Assembly: GCA_951406725.2 (NCBI GenBank)
Contig: OX597814.1
Coordinates: 220,720,001-220,784,000, forward strand
Direction of reading: 5' to 3'
Source: Octopus vulgaris
Lineage: Eukaryota
DNA: 64,000 nucleotides
Shown here: positions 14,956 to 28,850 of the stretch, piece by piece
Numbering within the stretch: position 1 is the first letter of the stretch
Layout of the letters: every line of letters starts with the position of its first letter
Made by a program: the position numbers and the translations under genes
The notes under the pieces: generated by a model
Told to the model about the DNA's origin: nothing
What the model saw: the letters and a program-made list of their open reading frames with translations, nothing else
The model's database searches: none

Positions 14956-15040
14956 CGTTTGCCGAAGCATGAGGACTCCAGAGTAAATATCCAAGGATAA
15001 ATATCCACATGAAATGTAACCTACTCCCCCGGTTTGTCAT
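14956..15040 (-). CDS. First coding exon of an unidentified secreted or membrane protein (signal peptide)
   Basis: Reverse strand reads MTNRGSRLHFMWIFILGYLLWSPHASAN+1 nt. It has a basic n-region, a hydrophobic core and an A-S-A cleavage motif. There is an in-frame TAA 7 codons upstream, A at -3, and a phase-1 donor AACG|GTGAGT. The surrounding region is TE-poor. No downstream exon was recognised in the window. Confidence 0.65.
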
Positions 15041-15340
15041 ATTTTCCGGGATCTGTCCTTAAGTGTACCTTATTTCTCTCTCTCTGCTTCAGTAAAAAGT
15101 GTAAAAGGCCGAGGTACAGTAAAAACAAGTTAGGTTTACACTTTGCTATTTGTTATCGCCTCTTCACCCACAACTGAGGAGTTTTTTGGGGTTTTTTTTT
15201 TATCTATTTCCTGTTTTATTTCACTATTTTTTTTTTTTTTTACACCAGGTAAAACTGATTAGCTTTTAAGTTTTATCTTTAATCTAACAAAGCGAGAGAC
15301 TGAAAAGGAAGTGACTTGTTTTTTTCAATAAACAATAGGG

Positions 15341-15378
<38 letters not shown>

Positions 15379-16430
15379 TAATCTGTGTGTGTGTAAAGGT
15401 GTGGAGGGGATAGAAGCGGGTTAAGCTATTCTCGAACAGACACCTTGTGTTTTTATGGGGGTTTGGTGACCTTTTCCTTTTCCTTTTTTTCCCCCTGTTG
15501 CGGCAGAAAAGAAAACCACACACACACAAACAAAAAAAATAAAAACAAAATATGAATAATTTACAAACGATCGCGAGTTGACGTTTATGTCCAAGATTTT
15601 TGTCGACTGTTCATGGTTTTAAGTGGAAAATAACACCTCCAGTGTCCACACCGGTAAAGACTGTTGCGATAGTATTAATAATAATAGTAGTAATAATAAT
15701 GGGAATGATGGTGATGAACAAAAAGAAAAGGCCTCCATTCATGTGTCGACCGACCGACCGGACCGGTGGGCCGTATATAACTAAGTAACGTGGACAGTTC
15801 AGTTGTTGTTGTACAGGTGGGAAGAGAGTGAGACACACGATAGTAATGGCGGTGGTGGTGGTGGTGGTGGTGGTGAGAGGAAGAGAAACTAGTAAAGTGA
15901 GTGAAGGTAGTGGGAGTGAGTGAGTGAGTGAGTGAGTGGCTGGCTGAGTGGAAGTAGAAAAGGAGCGAAGGAGTTTTAAGCCAGGCAGTTTAGTGATTGA
16001 GTGACAAAATAACCCTGAATAGATGAAACAAAGAAAAAAAAAGGTGTAAAGAAAACTATGAAAAACCCAGCCCGTTTTTCTTTTTTTAATGTTTTTGGTT
16101 ACTATCTCTTCCGTTTATGCAGGTCTTTCCCCCATTTTCTTTCTTTTTTTTTTTTACAAACTTTCTCCCTCTTTCTCATCCATCTCGCTTTCTCTCCCAC
16201 TCTCTTTCTCTCTTTTTTTTCTCACTGTCTCTCCCTCAATTTTTTCTTCCCCCTTTTGCTCCCTTCCCACTCTTTATCCCTTTTCCAATATTGTTGCTTG
16301 GTTTAAATAAACGTGATAGTTATTCCTGTGTGTAAAAATCGGCTGCTAAACTCGGCTGGCAATATGCCAAGCTGCCTCTGCTAAGCGTGTCCCGAGAGAA
16401 CGAGGAGCGGAGGAGTAGGAAGAGGAGAGT
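15041..16430 (-). promoter_or_regulatory. Putative 5' UTR and promoter region of the signal-peptide gene
   Basis: TE-free stretch upstream of the ATG with a CpG-rich patch (15740-15780) and (CCA)n and (TCAC)n runs on the minus strand. The TSS cannot be placed from sequence. Confidence 0.3.
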
Positions 16431-18135
16431 CAGATATTCGAATGAGCGGGATGGATGGATAGACAGACAGATAGATAGATAGATAGATAGATGGAGACAG
16501 ATAGATAGATAGACAGATAGATAGATAGATAGACAGATAGATAGATAGACAGATAGATAGACAGACAGATAGAGAAATAGATAGACAGATAGATAGATAG
16601 AGAAATAGATAGATAGATAGATAGATAGATAGACAGATGGATAGATAAAATAAAAATAAAAGCTAGAGCGTGTCTTTCTTCTTTTAAAGTATTCTTGGAA
16701 AGGGAGTAAGAGACACCGATAAAGTAAGAAGAGAATGAGGAAAGAGAGACGAGAAAGAGAATTAGCAAACGAATAAGGGGGGTGGGGGTGAAAAGTGAAT
16801 ATTGTCCTGTGAATGGCTTTATTTCATTTACAGTTAGAGAGAGAGAAGGAGGGAGACAAAGTAAAACGAAGAGACAGTGAGGGGGGGGGAGCGAGTGAGA
16901 GAGTGAAAGATAGAGCATGGGCGAGGGAAAGAGAGTGGGTGAGTGAGTAGAAAGTGGTATAAAAGAGACAAGGAACTATTGGAAGAAAGAGAAAGGGTGA
17001 GGCAAAGATAGCGAGGGAGTAAATTCACTACTTGTTAGTAAGGGACTAATTATGATAGTCGGTAAAGAAAATTATTAGTGAAGCCGCAACAACCATTACA
17101 GCAAACAGTAACGTTGCACATAAGCGAACCGACGTGGTGGCCTATTTTGCGATCGCACTGTCTGCTAGAAATAGCAGCCAAATCCGTCCCGGCCTACGCT
17201 CCACTGGATTATGCAAGAAAGGATACGTAAGGTAACGGTTGTCCTGCATATCCTAGTAAGGCGAGAGGATCTCGGATCTCTACTGGATTTTTAAAAAAAA
17301 CAATATACACGTATTTATCATATGGATAGGTATTCATATAGGTTTATACAAAAACAATTTGTCGTAAATTACATACAATTTGCGCTCGTTCCCCCCACCC
17401 CCCAATTCTGAATGGAAAGTAATTCAGATTTTTAAAAAGAAGTATATTTCTTACTTCAACACCTCGATTTGACCCGGGACGTTGTACATGTCTTGCTTTT
17501 AGTTATTAATATAAATTTAAAGTTGAAGAAAGCTGACTTCATTTATTTTATAAGAAATCCAACAGGTCCAAATGATAAACACAAACAGTCGTTGTTGGTT
17601 TATTATTTACTTTATTAGAAAGTACTTGACTAAACATCAAAATTAAGCAATTGAAAAATAAATATTATTATTGAAAAGTAAACTTAACACACACAAAAAA
17701 AAAGCCGCGTTATTATTGAAAGCAAAATTCAAAAACAAAGAAGTCATCAGACGCAGAGGTAAGAAAAAGAATCTGAAAAGTTTTTTCTTTGTCGTCTGGT
17801 GTTTTGCAACAACAACAAAACAACAATAATTACAGCCAATCACCAGGGTCAGTCTTGATTTTCACCTTTCGGGGTTTCATATTATAAAATAGTAGCGATA
17901 GAGGAAACCGATCCTAAATTTTACGCCCTGCCTTCACAAAGTTTAACTGTGTACCTTGAACAAGAAAAAAACACTGTTATACATAAATTCACAGTAGACT
18001 ACCAACTACTTTCATGTTTTCAATATTTAGGTTTCTATGGTTGTTTGTTTTCGAATTCAAATAACGCTACAATAGACCTTAGTTTTCATATCTCAAAACG
18101 GAGGTGGGCGACCTCATATAGAAAGATTATTAGTA

Positions 18136-18281
18136 CAGGGCCAGATTAAGGTCAACTTAAGCCCCAAGTACAACACAACAACGGTGACCCTCCACACCTT
18201 CCATTGGTCCATTGACAAGGCATTAAGATAAAAGTGGTGAATGTGAAATAATTGATTAAAAATTCATCATTACAGAACGCT

Positions 18282-18313
<32 letters not shown>

Positions 18314-18514
18314 TATCTGTTGTTTAAATTTTATTAATTTAACACTAAATATCGGTAAACAGTTTATTATTCATTTATAACGACAAACTTTAAATATAAA
18401 TTTAAGAAGTAAAACTGTTAGAGTAACCATTTACACCATGGTAAATGTGTCGCTGTAAAGACTGTAACCCCTTATATTAGCTGCTTATTCTGTTTTGTAG
18501 TTAATCCGGCCTTC
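18136..18514. mobile_element. hAT-type MITE
   Basis: Termini CAGGGCCAGATTAA / TTAATCCGGCCTTC, flanked by near-identical 8-mers TATTAGTA / TGTTAGTA. Confidence 0.65.
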
Positions 18515-19032
18515 TGTTAGTACACACACACACACACACACACACGCTCGAGGGCGCGCATGGAACATACTTTTCAATAGAATTTATTTCCATCCTTAAA
18601 AGGAAAAGCTCGACCCTTCGCCTTGTGAAAAGATATCGCTATAATAATTTTACAAACTTTTCATACTTTCTTAATTGCCATAAAACTAGTGTCACCAAGG
18701 GCTTCGGTCGTTCTACAACAAAGCAGAGAATACAAATTCTCATGTAGGTCAACGTCGTTTACAATCTGTTGCGATGACGGTGGCGGTGTCGGCGTTGACA
18801 TGGATCGCAGTTGACAAAAGGTGAAGGGAAAATACCTGTGGCACGTGATAGCTACACGGAAAGCTATTGGTCTATTTACATATCAGGTGTGCCCTGTTTG
18901 TTCACCTCTTTCATGACTAATGTGGAACAGGTGAACAGATTTTATGCTATTTTAATTAAATTCTGAACTCAAATAGTGCAAATAAAATGTCAGATATGGA
19001 AGATCAAATTTAGTAACATAACTTCTTTCATG

Positions 19033-19087
<55 letters not shown>

Positions 19088-19764
19088 ATACACACGCAAT
19101 AATTCTATTTATTTTTATTCTGCTTCAGAATAAAACTATTGTTACTCGAATATTATACAATATCGAACGGCTGCTATCAAGTGCGGGACTAATCCGGCTG
19201 TCTGTCTGGTCCATTGTTAAGATCTTGACACTTTCCTTTATCAAAGAATGCCAACTAGATTTCCTCTGCCTGGTGGCTCTGGTATCTGAGGCTACATGAC
19301 AATAGCGGACAAATGTGGAAAACCTAGAGGTGGGCTTTTTCTCCCCATGTAAATTCGCGTTGTTTAAGTATCACCTAAAATGTAAATTGTAGGCAAAGAG
19401 AAAAATACTGTCCCGTCTCTGGTAAATTGTACGAAAGTTGGATATGAATAGGGACTTGGTGGTGAATTAAAAGGACAAAGGGCTCAGTTTCGGCTTAGGA
19501 TCGGAGCCGGGATACGTATATCCAAAGCGGCAAATAGTCGAAATTTTAGGGTGTCCTAGGATTCTTGAGTGATTGTCTCTCACTTGTGAGGTGTTTTATA
19601 CATAATTTATTAAATGCTTCTATTCTCTAATATATCAAACATATAGCTATATTTAAAGACACAGAAGTGGCTGTGTGGTTAGAAGTTTGTTTCCATATCC
19701 TTCTGGGTTCAGTTCCAGCTTGTGAGTCGATTTGACAAACGGAAAGAAGCCCGCCGTGTATAAA

Positions 19765-20234
19765 TGTATAAACAAGAGCAAAAGAAAAAATTCTAATGCC
19801 AAATATGCCGAATATAGACTTAAATTCATCGCTATAAGCACGCGTCACGAAGTAACCCGACAGGAATTTCTAAAAAATCCGTTATTATCGTATCGGACCC
19901 GATTTCAGAGTTAATTCATAAGAATTTTCTCCTCGTCAGTGATAAATACTGTAAGAAATAAATGAATTACTTACTTATACCCATGGAAGAAGCAAACACT
20001 AAGTCATAAGTACACCTAAGTACTCCAAATATATCCAAAATAGAAATTCTTACTTCGAGACGCGTGCTTATAGTGATGAGTTATACGGTTATTGACGATT
20101 TAAGTCTATTTTCGGCGTATTTGGCATTAGAATTTTTTCTTTTGCCCTTGTTTATAAATTTAACCGTTAAAGGTATTTTTTATATGCTGGCCATTGATAG
20201 AATTTTTTTCGAAAAATTTTATCCTATATTGGAT

Positions 20235-20235
<1 letters not shown>
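19765..20235. mobile_element. Penelope-derived short element with an inverted terminal duplication and an internal HHR
   Basis: About 90 bp of imperfect inverted repeat (19765-19855 vs 20050-20160) enclose a hammerhead. A second, partial copy lies at 20631-20875. Confidence 0.6.
19891..19944 (-). ncRNA. Minimal type I hammerhead ribozyme
   Basis: TATCA CTGACGA GGAG AA AATTC TTAT GAATT AA CTCT GAAA TCGGG TC^ CGATA. The core is intact. Confidence 0.7.
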
Positions 20236-20310
<75 letters not shown>

Positions 20311-20330
20311 GTTATATAGATATATCTATA

Positions 20331-20630
20331 TCTTTTCTTTATGGGTTTCAGCTAGAGGCTGAGGCCATGCTGGTGACCGGGGCTTTTTCCCTTATTGCTC
20401 CTGGTGAAGTAGCGAGTTGGACGTTGCCACTCTTTTTTGTGCCTCCTGCCGCGATATGGGGTCATCCGTAATTTGCAGATAAAAGTCTGTCTGGACGTTT
20501 TTTGAAGACTTCCATGTCTACACCTTTGCAGATCCTTTATGTTCTGTGGTAGGGCATTAAAAAGTTATGGTTCATTGAATCCCAAACTATTGCAATATCG
20601 GGTTCGTATTCTCGATGGAGATGATGGGAC
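20331..20630 (-). mobile_element. 3' fragment of a CR1/L2-group LINE
   Basis: Degenerate LFNALP..IKDL...VFKK..D.LL..I.D.P C-terminal motif followed by a short 3' UTR. Confidence 0.45.
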
Positions 20631-20875
20631 TAACCCTGAAATCGGTCCGATATGGTAATAATGGAATTTTTTAGAGATTTCTGTCGACCTTTTTTCGAGT
20701 AGCGTGCGACTGGGAAAAAATTATATGGTAAAAGGAGAATATGTCCAATTTTCGGCATATTTGGCATTAGAAATGTTTTCGTTTGCCCTTATTTATAAGT
20801 TGTTTATAATTTAACCTTTAAAGGTATTTTTTAATATGCTGGCCATTGATAAAAATTTTTTTCGAAAAAATTTTA

Positions 20876-20975
20876 NNNNNNNNNNNNNNNNNNNNNNNNN
20901 NNNNNNNNNNNNNNNNNNNNNNNNNNNNNNNNNNNNNNNNNNNNNNNNNNNNNNNNNNNNNNNNNNNNNNNNNNN
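20876..20975. other. Assembly gap (100 N)
   Basis: Run of N. Confidence 1.
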
Positions 20976-22176
20976 TATGTTTTTTTTATTCATTATTATT
21001 AGTGTTTTTTAATATGTTTTGCTAAAATTTCTGTTTCTTTTCAGATATCAGAAAAAGGTAATTAATATTCATTAAAATGACAGTTCTATCGGACATTCAA
21101 AGAGGTCAAATTGTTGGTGTTCGCATGGCAGGCGGTAGCGTAACGAAGACAGCCGAAATGTTTGGTGTATTAAGGATTACTGTTTTGAAAGTAATGACAG
21201 CCTTTGAAAAAGAGGGAAAAACCTCCTCGTGGAAACAAAACTCCGTAAAAAAACCAAAACTTTCAGAGAGGGACCATTGGAATCTTACGCGAATTGTTAG
21301 AAAGGATTACAAAAGTACAGCTCCCAAAATTACTGGAGAGTTTAATAACCACCACGAGAACCCAGTTTCCACAAAAACTGCTCTCCGGGGCTGAATAAAG
21401 CCGGATCTCATGGGAGGGCTGCAATCAGAAAACCACTACTTTGAAAAACAAACGTTGCAAAGCTTTTAGAGTTGAGTAAAAAAGAAAACCTACAGAATTG
21501 GTCCCTAGAACAGTGGAAGAATGTTATTTTCTCGGACGAGTCATCCTTCACCTCTTTTCCGTCCGCCGACCGAGCATACATGTGGAGACAGCCAAAAGAA
21601 GCATTTGACCCAGACTGCCTTCTTCCAACTGTTAAACATGGAGGAGGATCTGTGATGATCTGGGGCGGATGGGGGGGGGGCTATATCTTGGAAATCCGCC
21701 GGCCCAGTGGCTTCCTTTCATGGCAGAATTAATAGTGAAGACTATTTAAGCATTTTATCTGATCGAATTGATCCTATATTTGCGGAACTGTTTCCGGAAG
21801 GATACGCAACTTTCAGGATGATAATGCATCAATTCACACAGCTAAAGTTGTTACTGAATGGCACGAGGAACATTCTAGCGAAGTTGAGCATCTTATCTGT
21901 CCACCACAATCCGCAGATCCCAATATTATTGAACTTTTATGGTGCATTTTAGAAAAACAAGTAAGGAGTCGGTATCCTTTACCGTGATCACTACAAGGAC
22001 TGAAGACTGTTTTAGCTGAATAATGAACAAATTTCCTTTGCAAACTATTCAAACTTTCTACGAGTCTATACCTCGTAGAATTCAAGCTGTAATTTCTGCC
22101 AAAGGCAGTCCTACCCCATATTAAAATAAATTTGTTTGAAATATTAAGGTATTTCCATTATTTTGTCCAACCCCTC
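20976..22176 (+). mobile_element. Tc1-family DNA transposon with a disrupted transposase; 5' TIR lost in the gap
   Basis: HTH region QRGQIVG, then W..VIFSDES.F, PTVKHGGGSVMIWG, FQDDNA.IH and a PPQSADPNIIE-like segment across frameshifts and stops. The 3' TIR ends TTTTGTCCAACCCCTC followed by TA. Confidence 0.92.
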
Positions 22177-22186
22177 TATATATATA

Positions 22187-22272
<86 letters not shown>

Positions 22273-22360
22273 ATATATATATATATATATTTTTATATAT
22301 ATATGTTTATATATATATATTTATTTATATATATATGTGTATGTTTATATATATATCTTT

Positions 22361-22410
<50 letters not shown>

Positions 22411-23018
22411 ATATATATATAAACATACACACATATATATATATATATATATAAAGATATATATATAAACATACACATATATATATAAATACACATATAT
22501 ATATAAACATATATATATAAACATATATATATGTTTATATATATATCGCCTCCATTTCCAAGTAAGTTTATCTTGATATATTTGATGCGACTCTATACTG
22601 TTCTCTTCCCCTATCGTTTTCTCTCTCATCCTTTCTCTAATTCTTTCACAGTTTTCTACCTGTCCCTCTCTGTCCCTCTTTTATCCCTTACTCTCTCTCT
22701 CTCGTTGCTCACACCTGACCATCGTCCATCGTTCTTTTCCACACGTAACCAGCTTTCTTTTCCTTCAGGGCTGTCGTAAAGACTGCACGTATCCTATCTA
22801 TCTTTCTCTTCTATCGTTTCTGTTTTCAAAGAAAATATTTCTCTCACTGTTCACTATTTGCCATTTGCTCAGGTCTAACAACCCTCCATGTTTGTTTTCG
22901 TTCGGTTTCCCTATATGTCTCCACTGTCCTGTTTTTGTTCGTAACTTTGACCTTCACGTGACCAGCTTCCTTTCTTGCTCGGACTTTCTAAAGACTAGAC
23001 GTCGTGTACTCATATATG

Positions 23019-23075
<57 letters not shown>

Positions 23076-23637
23076 TTATATATATATATATGTGTGTGTT
23101 TATATATATATATATGGTCACATATATATATATATGGTTACATATATATGGTTCTATATGTATATGCTTTTGTATATATACATATATAATATATAATTTA
23201 TATAATATATATATCATTTTTATATATATAATTTATATAATTTATATATATATAAATTAGAGAGGAAGCACATGAAGCAATTCAACAATGATATACTTAA
23301 ATCATACCATATAGAAAAAAATTAAATATACGATAAAACATTTACCTAAACCTGAATAAAGTACTAAATAATAAATAGATAATATATAATTAGTAAATAG
23401 ACTACACGTGTTTCGTGGCTATATTTTCAAATTGATAGCAATAAAATCAATTCAATTTAAATATATATATGTTTATATATATATATATATACTTCTATAT
23501 GTATATATGCTTATATATGTATATGTATATATATATGCCTATATATGTGTATATATATATATATATGCTTATATATATATATATATATATGTGTATATAT
23601 ATATATATATATGCTTATATATATATATGTATGTATG

Positions 23638-23668
<31 letters not shown>

Positions 23669-24878
23669 CTATAGAAATAATTGAGATTCAGTAGAATGGG
23701 GTACTTAAGTTGAAGCACCAAATCGGTCCGGTGTCATCCGCACAGCTCGAAGTAAGGTGAATTAAATCAAAATAGGCAACAAGTTATCAAGTAGTGATGC
23801 AGTACGATCGTTTCAAGCGACTCAATTTAATTGAACAATGCACCAATTACATGACTTTAAATGTAGTACCATCTTCAGCTTCACAAATAAATAAATAGCA
23901 TTTTTACCAGTCGGACACAATATAATTTTTCTCAAATATTTTAAGAAAGCAAGAAGATGGATGAAATTCACGTTCTCGTTATTGTAGCTAAGAATAGACT
24001 GTCGCCTGTACTCTTGACAAGATATGTCATTCATTTTCACTTTAGCAGGCTCGTTCGTATTAGCCTGAGTTACTACTGTATAACAGCAATCAAATAATGA
24101 AAGCAGAAAGCACAACAAACATCACCGATCTTACTGTCGTCTGCGCACTCTTGACAAGAGATTAGTTCGTTTCACCTACCAGGCTCGTTCATATCAGCCC
24201 GAGTTGCTAGATAATCTTTCGTTCCTTTAAGAATATTGTCGAACGGAAACTTTTCATCTCTTCCAGATACCTGGATGACTGTTTCATTCTTTGGCATGAA
24301 AGTATAGAGAGACTTAAAGAATTCCAAGCACTTATAAATGGATTTGACGTAAACATTCAATTCACGATAGAATACAGCCATCAACAACTTCCCTTCTACG
24401 ACATTCTCATTAAGAAATCTAACAACGTAGCAGAAACAGATATCTATATATATAAAAATGAGAATGTGTGACTGTCTGTCTGTCTGTTTGTCTGTGTGAA
24501 TCCCTAAAACTTGAGAATTACAAAACCAATTTCATTCAAATTTTACACATGCTTTACTTAGGGTCCATGTAGTGTCATGAGCCAAAAAAATTTTAACTTC
24601 TCGTCTAGTGCGAGCCCACTGCAATATCATATCTTCTCCATTATTTCAGTAATACGTGTCAAAAGTGAAACAATAGCGTCTATCTATTGTAATGTCAGAT
24701 ATTTTCACTTTAATACTGTGAAACTATTAAAGTGAAACTATTATCTCACAAATATACAGGCATATATACATATATACAATATATACATATATATTATGTA
24801 TTTATATATATATATATATATGTATACTTCTCCACAAATGTATATATACATACATATATATATAATATATATATATAC

Positions 24879-24929
<51 letters not shown>

Positions 24930-24934
<5 letters not shown>

Positions 24935-25470
24935 CATTGTACGAATTATGGCCATTGCACGAAGCTTAATCAATGTTGTTATCGTGCAATGCCTGTGCAA
25001 GAAGATATTTTTTAAAGTGAGACAAGGCTGTGCACTGAGTCAATCCCACTCACTAAGCAACATCAGCCATAATCCGAAAAGAAGAACAAGTCAACATCAT
25101 CGGTAACCGCTGAGCCGCAGGTTTTATGTCGGAGTTATCCCAGTTACCTGAGTTACCTTCTCCTAGAAGGATGCCCTGACAAAGGCTAGGAGTCCTTCAC
25201 TCCCAATGGTTTAACCGCACGATCGGGTATTCAATCCGATTATTTCTATGTCCCCGCGCATGATACAGCCTTAAGACATTTATTGGATGGCCGTTGACTC
25301 TCAAGAGTTCCTCCACCCTTTGATGGGTTTTGATTTTCATCCTGCAGAGTGTCCAATAAACACCCTCCTCACCAAGCAAGCTTGGTGGGGTTGTCGGTTT
25401 AGTCGCCAACGACCCGACCATGCAACAGGTTGTACTGGGTTACATGTTACTAGTAGCACTCGAAAGTGAC
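24930..25470 (-). mobile_element. Probable RTE-type LINE 5' UTR-derived fragment nested in the Helitron
   Basis: GC-richer block between microsatellites with CCTAGCCTTTGTCAGGGCATCCTTCTAGGAGAAGG...AAAACC, resembling RTE 5' UTRs. Recognition only. Confidence 0.35.
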
Positions 25471-25472
25471 TT

Positions 25473-25573
<101 letters not shown>

Positions 25574-25611
25574 TCATACATATATACACCCATACACACA
25601 CATGTATACAT

Positions 25612-25945
25612 AGGTGCGGTTGTGGCTGTATGGTAACAAACTTGGTTCCAAAACACATGGTCCTGGGTTCAGTTCCACTGTGTGGTGACTTGGCATGTGT
25701 CTTCTGCTATAGCCTCAGACCAACCAATGCCTTGTCAGTGGATTTTGTAGACAGAAACTGAAAGAAATCAATCGTATATATATGTATATATATATGTAAG
25801 TCTATGTGTGTGTCTTTATCTCTGTGTTTCTCCCTCATCCCTGCTTCACAACTGGTGTTCGTTTATTTACATCCCCATAACTTACTGGTTTCACAAGAAG
25901 AAACTGATAGAATAAGTACCAGGCTTATTAAAAAAAGCACTAGGC
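25612..25945 (+). mobile_element. SINE family B, diverged
   Basis: GGTGCGGTTGTGGCTGTATGGTAA head and a homologous body. Confidence 0.75.
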
Positions 25946-25997
25946 AGTGTCTCATATTTTTGTTTGACCACTCAGTTGTATCTATCAATTTATCCTT

Positions 25998-26054
<57 letters not shown>

Positions 26055-28814
26055 CACACTCTCTAATATATATACATGTATGTATATGTGCACATTCATA
26101 TCTACTATATCAAAGTCAATGTCTTTATGTGTGTTCGTGTGTTACTTATATATTCGAAAACTGCTGCACCGATCCTAATGAAATTTGGAACTTAGATTCA
26201 ATGCATAAGGGCGTGTATAATGCAATATGCTTGGTTTGAATTTCAGATGGCTTGAAAGGGGCTGAACTCCCATGAAAATTCATAAATTTTCGATGTTGAT
26301 TAAATTTCAACCATGGGTAATTGAAACACATCAAAAAGTATTCTCAAAGTTTCCACTTCTCATGAGGATTCTAAGACACCCTAATGGGGGCCTTAACTCC
26401 CAAATCTTAGTAATTTCTTTTATGATCCAAAACTAGGTCAAATGTATTGAATGGATCTTAATGAAATTTGGAGATTATATTCTATGCATAAGGGCCATAA
26501 CCCCCATGACAATTCATATATTATTGCTGTTGATGAAATTTTAACCATAGATATTAGACACAAATGAAGTAATATTTATAAAATTTCATCTTCTTACAAG
26601 TTAGAAAGACCCCTTCATGGGGTCTTAACACCCACAATTTAGTCATTTTATCTAAGCAAAGACGAATACAGTTGTGCTCTTGGAAGCTGTAGGGTCACCC
26701 GAGTATAAAAGATGAGCATTATTTGTAATTCAATGGTGCAACAGTGTAAGAGTTTGCTTTGAAATATACTTAGATTGGGATTTCTGCAATGTGGTGCATA
26801 CTTTGTCAAGTAAAGGAGAGGCATCTTTGCCTCCACTGATTCAGTTGCAAAGTGTTGAGTAAAGTTATTTAGTTGCAGACCTCCTTTTTATTATCACTAG
26901 GTCACACATAGTCCCCAGATTGTAACACTGATTTCAAGGTCTTCCCAGATGAGTGACTGGCTATTCAAAGACATTTATAGATTGTATATTTATTCTGTCC
27001 AGTTACGTATCAGTATAGTGGTCATTTGCAAACTCCAGAGGTGACACTTTCATTTCTCCTTAGCCCTCACGTCACACAGTTGTTAATGTTTATTTCAGTT
27101 GGGTCACGCCCTTCTAATTGCTATAGATCCGTAATGCATCTTACGGCTGTGCCTGTCACCTGTATGGTGAAGAATCCTACATTGGGAATGGTAACGACTA
27201 GGGTACGGTAGCTGACTGCTTATTACGATCATTCGTCTTTTGGTTTCCTGTAGCTTTGCTCTCTTTTACAAACCCAGTGAACATACATATATTTCCTATT
27301 TCAAAGAAATTCAAACAATAGATATAAGACCCAAGTTAAAAAAAGATTCTCAACAATTCAACTTCTCTGGTTGACATTAAGACACCCACCTCCAATAGGG
27401 GCCTTAACTCCCACATTTTAGAGCTCCATGACCTCCATTTTTCAGGAGCAAAATCCTTTTAACAGGTTCTATAAGACTGGAATTTTGGAATCTGCGCATA
27501 AAAATCAGTAGTATGGATACATGTGTCATGATTATAATTTTTTAGGGTGTGTAAAGAGGGAAATAACCCTCATCTGCAATTTTGATGAAATTCGAATCAT
27601 AGGTATTCCAGATCAATACAGAAAATATGACAGAAAAGTCTAATTCTTCAATTGCATGTAATACGGGCAACGCTGGGTATCTCTGCTAGTATACTATAAG
27701 CCCACGGACTCCAAGCAATATCTACCGTTCAACTTATGCCACCCCAGACACACCAGAATGAATACCCCTTTCAACCTAGCAAAAAGGATATGTACTTTAG
27801 TTTCTAATACAAACACCAGAGACATACTACATGAACTAAACGATACACTCATCACCAGGAACTACCCACCTTCACTAATTGACATATACTTTCAATGTGC
27901 CCTTCAACTGAACATCCACGAACTTAGACATCCCAAATTAAAGAAGGATTTACAACTAAAAGCCCTACGATACATCTCCACACACAACCCTCTTAACAAT
28001 GAAGCCTTCGACACCATCCTTCAAAACATTTCTCTGCTGAAAAAGGACCAGAGAATAAAATTAATCCTCTAAACACACACCATCCTAAAAAAGCAAGTGA
28101 CAACCCAAATCTATGAAAAGTCTCCTAACACAAGCCCGAATACGCTCGCCAACAACACAGAAGCCGTCAGTAAAAAAAAAAATTGCGGAAAATTCATCTG
28201 TGGGATATGTGTCAATTTAATTGAGGGATCAGAGTTCTTCTCAAACAGGGACAAAGTTACACAGTGAAAAGCAGCTTCACATGTGCTTCGGAGAACCTGA
28301 TATACACACTAACCTGTTCTGGGTGTCAAGAGCAATACATAGGCCAAACAAAAAACACTCTACATAAAAGGATGGCTCTGCACAGATCCCAGACCAGAAT
28401 TCCCCAAAACAGAAAAACAGCATTCAGCCAACACATCGATATTTGCGCCAATAATAAAAATCCAAACTTCAGAATTTTCCCCTCTATCAATTCAGAGACG
28501 ATACAACCTATAGCCAACGAATTAGTGAAGAGACTCTCTTTATTACAAAATACAGGCCTCTTTTAAACGCATCTACAACAAACGACATATCCACCACGGC
28601 CTTAGAATAACACAAACACACTCGCAAATATTAAAAATGATACACTCAAGAGAATTCATTAAAAAACAGTCCCAATCACTGCCACAAGAGTAAACAAGAG
28701 AGACAGAAATAGGCAGAAACAAGGAAACTGCCCCTTGTATGTGAATGCTATGCAAATATTCTTTTAAAAAACTTTTCTTTAATTTTTCCAAAATTTAATT
28801 GTTTTCCATACTTA

Positions 28815-28850
28815 CAGTTGAAAAAGTCTCAATGACTGAAACCGGTCCTG
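28815..28850 (+). ncRNA. Degenerate minimal HHR in the Penelope 3' pLTR
   Basis: CAG TTGAAAA AGTC TCAAT GACT GAAA CCGG TC^ CTG. Two transitions in CUGANGA; stem III is palindromic (ACCGGT). Confidence 0.65.

Noticed and set aside
18780-18940. Cluster of E-box-like hexamers (CACGTG, CAGGTG) upstream of the gene
   Set aside because: Too short to distinguish from chance without conservation or chromatin data.
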